Positions 57,043-64,000 of a stretch of DNA of 64,000 bases are shown here, piece by piece. Under the pieces are notes generated by a model, which had not been told where the DNA came from, ran no database searches, and saw only the letters and a list, made by a program, of their open reading frames with translations. A program made the position numbers and the translations under genes. The stretch is from an uncultured Clostridia bacterium (GTDB lineage Bacteria > Bacillota > Clostridia > Oscillospirales > Butyricicoccaceae). How positions within the stretch are numbered: position 1 is the stretch's first letter; every line of letters starts with the position of its first letter. The DNA lies in assembly GCA_944375715.1 (NCBI GenBank), contig CALWAP010000004.1:10970-74969 (forward strand). The letters are read 5' to 3'.

Positions 57043-57536
57043 GAACTGCTGTTGTGCCGGGAAGCTTTGACCCGCTGACCTGCGGGCATGTTGATATAAT
57101 AAGGCGCGCCGCGCTGCTTTTTGACAAGGTGTGGGTCGTTGCAATGATAAACGACCAGAAAAAGTATACATTTACCCCTGAAGAGCGGCTGGCGATAATG
57201 GAGTATGACCTGAAGGGCATCGAAAACATAACAGTGGAGTTTTACGGAGGCATGCTCTATGATTACCTGGCCGAAAAGGACGCGTGCGCCATTATAAAAG
57301 GTATACGCAATTCCGATGATACCGATTATGAGATATTCATGGCAAACTTCAACCGTGTGCATTGTCCGTCGGCCGATACCATATTGCTGCCGCCCCGGCA
57401 TGGATTTGAGAGAATAAGTTCATCCTATGTCAAGGACCGCTGCCGTAAGGGTTTGTCGCTGGAGGGTTTGGTGACAAAGCATACGGCACAAATGCTTTTA
57501 AAGAAAATGGAGGACGAAAAATGGCAGGAAATGTAA
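57039..57536 (+). CDS. coaD: phosphopantetheine adenylyltransferase
   Basis: PGSFDPLTCGHVDII motif; ATGA overlap with rsmD. Confidence 0.93.
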   Translation: MRTAVVPGSFDPLTCGHVDIIRRAALLFDKVWVVAMINDQKKYTFTPEERLAIMEYDLKGIENITVEFYGGMLYDYLAEKDACAIIKGIRNSDDTDYEIFMANFNRVHCPSADTILLPPRHGFERISSSYVKDRCRKGLSLEGLVTKHTAQMLLKKMEDEKWQEM

Positions 57537-57988
57537 TAGACGAGCTGGTCAATACCCTGTATGAAACAATTGACGACGCTCCTTCGGTGCCTTTGAGCAA
57601 CAAATGCATCATCGAAAGGGAAAAGGCTTTGGATCTTTTGGAGGAGCTCAGGGCCAACCTGCCCAGCGAGCTTAAAATGGCCAGCGAGATAGTTGAAAAG
57701 CGCAATGATTTTATTACGGCAGGCAAGCGTGAATATGACAGCAAACTGAAGCAGGCAGAGGAAATGGCCAAGCAGAAGGTCAATGATCATGATATAGTGA
57801 TAGAGGCCAGGAAAAAGGCTGCCGAGATAATTGCCAATGCTGAAAGCCGTTCCAAGGAGCTTATGAAGGCTGCATCCTCATATTGTGATGAGGCCATGAA
57901 GCGTACCGAAGTTTCGGTCGATCAGACATTGGAGCAGATAAAAAATACAAGAAGCCAATTTTTGGCCGCCATGAAAGAGTACAAATAG
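57521..57988 (+). CDS. coiled-coil protein of unknown function
   Basis: 155 aa, charged heptad-like sequence. GGAGGA RBS; overlaps the coaD end. Confidence 0.5.
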   Translation: MAGNVIDELVNTLYETIDDAPSVPLSNKCIIEREKALDLLEELRANLPSELKMASEIVEKRNDFITAGKREYDSKLKQAEEMAKQKVNDHDIVIEARKKAAEIIANAESRSKELMKAASSYCDEAMKRTEVSVDQTLEQIKNTRSQFLAAMKEYK

Positions 57989-58010
57989 AGAAAAAAAGAG
58001 AGAATTAAGA

Positions 58011-58045
58011 GGTTCCCTGTTACTTTGATGGGGGACCCTTTTTTT
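58011..58045 (+). terminator. terminator-like hairpin with T7 tract
   Basis: GGTTCCC-(13-nt loop)-GGGGACC (one G-U pair), followed by CTTTTTTT. Confidence 0.5.
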
Positions 58046-58141
58046 AGCCTACAAAATCGAACATATGTTTTATATTCAGAAAAAACGCACATTTTGGCAA
58101 AAAAACGCAGTTTTAGACGGTCAAAAATTCACTTTAAACTA

Positions 58142-58170
58142 TTGCAATTTTAAGGTACGGTGGGTATAAT
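58142..58170 (+). promoter_or_regulatory. sigma-A-type promoter of the dcw cluster (Pmra)
   Basis: TTGCAA, 17 nt, TATAAT. Confidence 0.65.
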
Positions 58171-58181
58171 TGAAACATGCA

Positions 58182-58216
58182 GTGGTGTTTGGTGGTAAAA
58201 GGGTAAAGAATGTGGC
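58182..58216 (+). promoter_or_regulatory. 10-bp-phased GTGG repeats (candidate MraZ operator)
   Basis: GTGG at 58182, 58192 and 58212, with GGTA at the intermediate phase 58202. They lie just downstream of the -10. Confidence 0.5.
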
Positions 58217-58237
58217 GGAAATGAGGGAACAAGACCG

Positions 58238-58651
58238 ATGAGAGGTGAATATCAGCATTCGGTCGACTCAAAAGGCCGTATGATATTTCCCGCCAAGCTG
58301 AGAGAAGAGCTGGGCGAGGGTTTTGTCATATTTAAAGGTCTTGACGGCTGCATCTGCGTGTTTTCCCATGACGATTGGGAGGCGTTTGAAAGCAAGATCG
58401 CCTCATTGCCAATAGCCAAGGCCAGGAAGCTCCAAAGGTTTTATTCGGCCAACTACCCATGCGAGCCTGACAGCCAGGGCAGGATACTTCTTCCCCAGAC
58501 CCTTAGGGACTATGCCGGAATTAAAAAAGACGTCATAGTGGCCGGCATACAGAAAAGGGCTGAGATATGGGACGTCGAGCGGTGGCGGGAGTATAATGCT
58601 GATGTCACCTCGGATGATGTCAGTGAGATAATGGAAGAGGAGAATATGTAA
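58238..58651 (+). CDS. mraZ: transcriptional regulator MraZ
   Basis: Two SpoVT/AbrB-like halves with DxxGR motifs (DSKGRMIFP, DSQGRILLP). Confidence 0.93.
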   Translation: MRGEYQHSVDSKGRMIFPAKLREELGEGFVIFKGLDGCICVFSHDDWEAFESKIASLPIAKARKLQRFYSANYPCEPDSQGRILLPQTLRDYAGIKKDVIVAGIQKRAEIWDVERWREYNADVTSDDVSEIMEEENM

Positions 58652-59586
58652 TGGAGTTTTTCCATGCGCCCGTAATGCCGGAGGAATGTATGGAAGGCCT
58701 TGCCATAAAACCTGACGGCATATATGTCGACGGGACAACAGGCGGAGGCGGGCACTCGGAACGCATAGCCAGGCTTCTTTCCGAAAAAGGAAGGCTTGTG
58801 TGTATAGACAGGGACAGGGAAGCTTTAGAGGCTGCCGGAAAGCGACTTTCCCCGCTGGGCAAAAACATAGTTTTTGTCAAAAATAATTTTAACATGATAA
58901 AAGAGGTTTTAAAAGACCTTGGTATAGAAAAAATTGACGGGGCCCTTTTTGACTTGGGGGTGTCGAGCTATCAGCTTGACAACGGCGACCGCGGTTTTTC
59001 ATATATGCACGATGCACCGCTGGATATGCGTATGGACAGGGATCAGCCCTTTACGGCATATGATGTTGTAAACTCTTATGACAGGGATAGGCTCCGGGAT
59101 ATAATATCCCGTTTTGGAGAGGAAAGATACTCTTCGCATATAGCTTCAGCCATATGCAGGGCGAGGGAACAGGCCCCTGTCAAAACGACAGGTGAGCTGG
59201 CTGAGATAATAAAACGGGCTATGCCCGGTGCAGCCAGAAGGGAAAAGCAGCATCCGGCCAAAAGGACATTTCAGGCTATAAGAATAGAGGTAAATGGTGA
59301 GCTTGCGGCCGTCGAGACGGCTGTGAGGGATACGGTGGATTGCCTGTCTGTTGGGGGAAGAATCGCCGTGATAAGTTTTCATTCCCTTGAGGACAGAATA
59401 GTCAAAAGAGCTTTTGCCGATATGGCGAGGGGCTGTATATGCCCAAAAGAGTTCCCTGTATGCGTTTGCGGACGCAAGCCCGAGATACGGCTTGTATCAA
59501 AAGGAATTATAACAGCCTCCAAGGAAGAAATTGAGGAGAATCCTCGCTCCCGCAGTGCCAAGCTGAGGGTGGCGGAAAAAATATAA
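58651..59586 (+). CDS. rsmH: 16S rRNA (cytosine1402-N4)-methyltransferase RsmH
   Basis: H-x-PV N-terminus, GGGGHS, and DLGVSSYQLD motifs. Confidence 0.93.
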   Translation: MEFFHAPVMPEECMEGLAIKPDGIYVDGTTGGGGHSERIARLLSEKGRLVCIDRDREALEAAGKRLSPLGKNIVFVKNNFNMIKEVLKDLGIEKIDGALFDLGVSSYQLDNGDRGFSYMHDAPLDMRMDRDQPFTAYDVVNSYDRDRLRDIISRFGEERYSSHIASAICRAREQAPVKTTGELAEIIKRAMPGAARREKQHPAKRTFQAIRIEVNGELAAVETAVRDTVDCLSVGGRIAVISFHSLEDRIVKRAFADMARGCICPKEFPVCVCGRKPEIRLVSKGIITASKEEIEENPRSRSAKLRVAEKI

Positions 59587-59617
59587 AGGGCGAATGCCCG
59601 GAAAGGTGTGACAAGGC

Positions 59618-60103
59618 ATGGCTTATTTAGGGCAGGCCGCCGTGAAAGAGCGTGAGTATGAATACGGTAAAACGGCGCAGACAGGGCTTACGGCTCTCCC
59701 TGAAATAGAGGGAGGAAGAAGACCTCAGGCAAAAAAGGCGCCCTACTTTAAGTACTTTGTCATGGCAGCCGGTGTTTTTGCAACGCTTATATGCATCCTG
59801 ACGAGCTACAGCACAGTGACGGAGCTTACGGTTAAAAGTGACAATATGCGTACCGAGCTTGCGCAGCTTGAAAGCGATGCCAATGCGCTTAACGCCAAAA
59901 AGGAAGAGCGTTTCAATCTGACCTATGTGGAGCAGGCAGCCACACAGCAGCTTGGAATGGTAAAGATGGACAAGGACCAGGTGACTTATGTAGCCACCTC
60001 CAATCCCGAGAAGATTACGGTTGCGGCCGAAGAGCAGAATGTGTCAGAGCTTGTGGCAAGCATAGTGAAGAGCTTCAACGCCGTTGTGGAATATCTCAAC
60101 TGA
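59618..60103 (+). CDS. ftsL: cell division protein FtsL-like (single TM + coiled coil)
   Basis: Position between rsmH and the PBP gene; TM helix followed by a coiled coil. Confidence 0.65.
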   Translation: MAYLGQAAVKEREYEYGKTAQTGLTALPEIEGGRRPQAKKAPYFKYFVMAAGVFATLICILTSYSTVTELTVKSDNMRTELAQLESDANALNAKKEERFNLTYVEQAATQQLGMVKMDKDQVTYVATSNPEKITVAAEEQNVSELVASIVKSFNAVVEYLN

Positions 60104-60214
60104 TACGGCGATATATTTTAGCAGGGCTTTTTGAAGCGTCTCGGTTAATTGCAAGGAGCAGGGAAGGCCATGGCATTTCCTGCTCCGCTTTTTCGTTTGG
60201 CTTATGGAGGAATC

Positions 60215-62437
60215 ATGCAGAAAAAAGCAAACAGCAGTATGAGAAAACGCCTTTTGTTTATAACGGTGTTTTTTGGTTTTTTTTGCTTTGTCGCAGTGGC
60301 AGGCAAGATTTTTTATTTACAGGTGTTTAAGTACGAAGAATATCAGCAGATGGCCATAAGTCAGCAGACCAGAGATACCACGATAGCCGCGGCCCGGGGT
60401 ACGATATACGACCGAAATTTAAAGCCCCTGGCCATAAGCGCCGACACTGAAATGGTTACTCTGGAAGCTGTCAAAATAGACGATGAGGAGCAGGGCCTTC
60501 TTATCGCCCAGAAGCTCAGTGAAATATTGGAGCTTGATTATGAGGAGGTGCTGGCCAAGGTCGAGGCCAAAGGCACCTATACCGTTATAAAGCGCAATGT
60601 TGAAAAGGATGTTGCCGACAAGGTCAGGGAGTTTGTCAAGGAAAATAAAATAGATTCCATTTATCTTGCATCTGACACTACAAGGTATTACCCTTATGGC
60701 AGTTTCCTTTCCCACACTCTGGGTTTTGTCGGCACCGACAGTCAAGGCCTTTACGGGCTGGAGCTTTATTATGACGATGTTTTAAGCGGCTCGGCCGGCA
60801 GGGTTGTCAAGGCGGCCAATGCCAAGGGCGATGAGATGCCTTTTGAATATGAAATGTATTACAAGGCCGAGGATGGAGACAGCCTCGTTCTGACGATAGA
60901 CGAGGTAATACAGCATTACCTTGAAAAGAATCTTGAGATGGCATATGAGGATAACAAGGTAGCCGACCATGTAACAGGCATTGTAATGGATGTCAATACG
61001 GGCGGGATACTTGCTATGGCAAATAAGCCGGATTTTGACCTGAATGACCCGTTTACAATAACTGATGCCGAAACGGCCCAGGCAATTTCCGAGATGCCCG
61101 ACGGAGAGGAAAAGACAAAGGCCAGAAGCGACGCTTTGACGGCTCAGTGGCTCAACAGCGCCGTCACATATACATATTATCCCGGTTCCACATTCAAAAT
61201 ACTCGTTTCCTCGATGGCGGTGGAGGAAGGGGTTGTTAATACTAACTCGACCTTTTATTGTCCGGGGTACCGGCAGGTGCGCGATTGGCGCATAGGCTGC
61301 TGGAAGGCGGGCGGTCATGGCGCGGAGACATTTACCCAGGCTGTCATGAACTCATGCAACCCGGCGTTCATGGAGATAGGCTCCCTTTTGGGAAAGGACC
61401 TGTTTTATAAATATTATAAGGCATTCGGCTTAAATCAGAAAACGGGCATCGATCTTCCCGGCGAGGCCGTGGGTACATTCTGGGACATCGACAAGATGAG
61501 CGAGGTTGACCTGGCGGTTGCCAGCTTCGGACAGAACTTTACCATAACCCCTTTGCAGCTCATTACCGCTGTGTCGGCAGTGGCCAACGGCGGGAACCTT
61601 GTGACCCCTCATGTTTTGGATAAGGTCATAGACTCAGACGGGAATACCGTTTCCACTTACCAGACAAATACCGTAAGACAGGTCATATCGGAGGAGACCT
61701 CCGACCTGGTCTGCGATATACTTGAGCAGGTCGTCACCGACGGCACAGGCAAGAACGCGTATGTTGCGGGCTACCGTGTGGCGGGCAAGACAGGTACTAC
61801 CGAAAAGATAGCCGATCAGCTTGAAACGGGCGAGACCAACCTGCGCATATCCTCATTCATAGCTTTTGCTCCGGCAGACGACCCTCAGGTTGCCGTGCTG
61901 ATACTGCTTGACGAGCCGACAGTTTATCCTGTTACGGGCGGTATAACGGTGGCGCCCGTTGTCAAGAGGATAATGGAAGACGTCCTGCCCTATCTGGAGA
62001 TAGAGGCTGAGTATACTGAGGAAGAACAGCTTAAGAGGGATACGGTCGTTCCCAACCTTGAGGGAATGACGGCGTCACAGGCCAAGGCAGCCGCAGAGGA
62101 AGCGGGGCTTTCTATAAGAACGGTTGGAAGCGGAGATACCGTCACATCTCAGGTACCCTCTTATTCGGCTACAGTGTCCCGTTCGTCTACAATCGTACTT
62201 TATATGGGTGAAAACGCCCCTGACGAAACGGTCGTGGTTCCCGATCTTACGGGCCTTGGCGTATCGCAGGTCAGGCAGAAGCTGTCGGCTCTGGGCCTTT
62301 ACTACAAGAGCTCCGGCAGTGAATATGCTACGGGTAATATCGTCGCCCAGAGACAGGATATAAAGGGTGGGACAGAGGTTCCGGTGGGCACGGTAGTCTC
62401 GGTGGAATTTACCGACCTTAATCAGCTGGCCCAATAG
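60215..62437 (+). CDS. class B penicillin-binding protein with two PASTA domains (FtsI/SpoVD type)
   Basis: SxxK (STFK), SxN (SCN), KTG (GKTGT) and two C-terminal PASTA repeats. GGAGGA RBS before the ATG at 60215. Confidence 0.88.
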   Translation: MQKKANSSMRKRLLFITVFFGFFCFVAVAGKIFYLQVFKYEEYQQMAISQQTRDTTIAAARGTIYDRNLKPLAISADTEMVTLEAVKIDDEEQGLLIAQKLSEILELDYEEVLAKVEAKGTYTVIKRNVEKDVADKVREFVKENKIDSIYLASDTTRYYPYGSFLSHTLGFVGTDSQGLYGLELYYDDVLSGSAGRVVKAANAKGDEMPFEYEMYYKAEDGDSLVLTIDEVIQHYLEKNLEMAYEDNKVADHVTGIVMDVNTGGILAMANKPDFDLNDPFTITDAETAQAISEMPDGEEKTKARSDALTAQWLNSAVTYTYYPGSTFKILVSSMAVEEGVVNTNSTFYCPGYRQVRDWRIGCWKAGGHGAETFTQAVMNSCNPAFMEIGSLLGKDLFYKYYKAFGLNQKTGIDLPGEAVGTFWDIDKMSEVDLAVASFGQNFTITPLQLITAVSAVANGGNLVTPHVLDKVIDSDGNTVSTYQTNTVRQVISEETSDLVCDILEQVVTDGTGKNAYVAGYRVAGKTGTTEKIADQLETGETNLRISSFIAFAPADDPQVAVLILLDEPTVYPVTGGITVAPVVKRIMEDVLPYLEIEAEYTEEEQLKRDTVVPNLEGMTASQAKAAAEEAGLSIRTVGSGDTVTSQVPSYSATVSRSSTIVLYMGENAPDETVVVPDLTGLGVSQVRQKLSALGLYYKSSGSEYATGNIVAQRQDIKGGTEVPVGTVVSVEFTDLNQLAQ

Positions 62438-62451
62438 AAAGGAATGGAAAA

Positions 62452-63891
62452 ATGAAGCTTTCACGGCTTTTAGATGAGATATCGCCATTGGAGGTACATA
62501 TCTGCGGCGATGCAGAGATCTCGGATATATGCTTTGACTCCCGCGCCTGTAAAAAAGGCAGCCTGTTTGTGGCTGTCAGAGGGTATAAGACGGACGGCCA
62601 CAAATATATAGAAAAGGCCGTGGAAAACGGTGCCTCGGCTGTTATAGCCGAGGAAAAACCCGTGTGCCCGGTTCCTTGGGCCAGGGTGGAAAACAGCAGA
62701 AGGGCTTTGGCCTCAGCCTCAGCTGCCTTTTACGGCCATCCTGAGAAAAGGCTGAAAATAGTCGGCGTAACGGGAACTAACGGTAAGACTACAGTGACCA
62801 ACCTTATAAAAACGGTGCTGGAAAGCTGCGGCGAAAAATGCGGCCTTATCGGTACCAACGGCAATATGATAGGAAGCCGTATGCTTTATACCGAAAGGAC
62901 TACCCCCGAATCGAAGGATCTTTACGCTCTGCTTAAAGAAATGGCGGATGAGGGCTGCACCTATGCCGTGATGGAGGTGTCCTCCCATTCGCTGGCGCTG
63001 GACAGGGTGTGGGGATTGGAGTTTGAAAGCGCGGTTTTCACCAATCTTACGCAGGATCATCTCGACTTTCATGCGACAATGGACGATTATGCCCGTGCGA
63101 AGTCGATTTTATTTGACAGATGCCGTAAAGCGGTGGTAAATTCAGATGATGCCTACTGCGGTGTCATGCTGGAAAGATGCCGCGGGTCAAAGGTGACATA
63201 TTCAGCTAAAGATCCGGGCGCAGATGCCTTTGCAAATGACATAGAGCTTGGACAGCAAGGCGTATCTTTTAATCTGGTCTTTGCCGGTGGGAATTTTCCC
63301 GTATATCTCGGAATACCGGGGATGTTTTCGGTTTACAACGCCCTGGCGGCGCTGGGATGCTGTATAAGCCTGGGAATTGACCCGGATGATGTGGTATCAG
63401 CTTTGAAGTCGGCTCACGGCGTCAAGGGAAGGGCGCAGGTCGTGCCCGTAAATGCAGATTATACTGTTATGCTCGATTATGCCCATACGCCTGATGGGGT
63501 CGAGAATATCCTGAAAGCCGCAAGAGGCTTTGCCAGAGGCAGGGTAGTGGCTCTTTTTGGCTGCGGGGGAGACAGGGACAAAACCAAACGCCCCATAATG
63601 GGGAAAGCGGCAGGTTCCCTGGCTGATTTTTGCATAGTGACCAGCGATAACCCCAGGAGCGAGAACCCCGGCGATATCATAAATGACATATTGCCCGGGG
63701 TTATGGAGACTTCCTGTCCCTACGTTGTAATCGAGGACAGGCGTGAGGCCATAAGGTATGCTTTGCAAAACGGCAGGAAAGACGATGTGATAGTCCTTAT
63801 GGGTAAGGGTCACGAGGATTATCAGGAGATTAACGGCGTCAGGCATCACCTGGACGAATATGAGGAAGTCATGAAATTTTTCGGAATGTAA
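62452..63891 (+). CDS. murE: UDP-N-acetylmuramoyl-L-alanyl-D-glutamate--2,6-diaminopimelate ligase
   Basis: GVTGTNGKTT P-loop and the DNPR motif (TSDNPRSE), typical of meso-DAP-adding MurE. Confidence 0.9.
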   Translation: MKLSRLLDEISPLEVHICGDAEISDICFDSRACKKGSLFVAVRGYKTDGHKYIEKAVENGASAVIAEEKPVCPVPWARVENSRRALASASAAFYGHPEKRLKIVGVTGTNGKTTVTNLIKTVLESCGEKCGLIGTNGNMIGSRMLYTERTTPESKDLYALLKEMADEGCTYAVMEVSSHSLALDRVWGLEFESAVFTNLTQDHLDFHATMDDYARAKSILFDRCRKAVVNSDDAYCGVMLERCRGSKVTYSAKDPGADAFANDIELGQQGVSFNLVFAGGNFPVYLGIPGMFSVYNALAALGCCISLGIDPDDVVSALKSAHGVKGRAQVVPVNADYTVMLDYAHTPDGVENILKAARGFARGRVVALFGCGGDRDKTKRPIMGKAAGSLADFCIVTSDNPRSENPGDIINDILPGVMETSCPYVVIEDRREAIRYALQNGRKDDVIVLMGKGHEDYQEINGVRHHLDEYEEVMKFFGM

Positions 63892-63919
63892 AAGCGGCCG
63901 GGCCGCGGGGGGAAGTAAT

Positions 63920-64000
63920 ATGAAAGCGATTGTCTTTGGCGCATTATCGGCTTTTGCGATAGCGCTTTTGATCGGCAACGGCGTTATAAAAATGCTTACA
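63920..64000 (+). CDS. mraY: probable phospho-N-acetylmuramoyl-pentapeptide transferase MraY, N-terminal fragment (3' end outside window)
   Basis: GGGGGGAAG RBS and a hydrophobic N-terminus MKAIVFGALSAFAIALLIGNGVIKML, as in MraY and unlike MurF. Only 27 codons are visible. Confidence 0.45.
   Translation, partial: MKAIVFGALSAFAIALLIGNGVIKMLT

Overview
This looks like a chromosomal window from a spore-forming Firmicute, probably Clostridia-like, with moderate GC judged by eye. It is almost fully coding, with about 65 protein genes. I found no rRNA, tRNA, CRISPR array, transposase, integrase or phage block. The backbone is housekeeping: tilS(3' end)-hpt-ftsH-cca, dusB, a class A PBP, ychF, dcd, ackA, tmcAL, rplU-rpmA-obg, the yqfC-yqfD-phoH-ybeY-era-yqzL-recO block, mutS2, uvrC-rsmD-coaD, and the start of the dcw cluster (mraZ-rsmH-ftsL-PBP2B/SpoVD-murE-mraY). 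Sporulation genes are scattered through the window (spoIID, a SpoIIQ-like M23 protein, ylbJ, yqfC/yqfD, a BofC-like protein). The main unusual items are these. (1) A collagen-like (G-X-T)n protein has a Cys/Pro cluster and only a short C-terminal tail. It contains an 87-bp tandem repeat that breaks the Gly register, and it sits next to a GT2-TPR glycosyltransferase. (2) A cell-envelope module combines a GT4-CsaB (pyruvyl transferase) fusion with an SLH/DUF4358 protein and a DHHW protein, but no MBOAT partner. (3) An HPr homologue has Tyr at the His15 position and keeps Ser46, which makes it Crh-like. (4) An ArsR-COG0523-thioredoxin-like trio has a degenerate CxCC motif. (5) There are two reading-frame anomalies: the ftsH ORF reads through its own terminator after an A7 run, and tspO is broken by at least 2 frameshifts, one at a short A/T run. 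I also see phased GTGG repeats at the mraZ promoter and a MarR operator palindrome. I found no convincing evidence for a new multi-gene defence or mobile system. All function calls come from motif and synteny recognition by eye, without database searches. Start codons were adjusted where an RBS argued for it.
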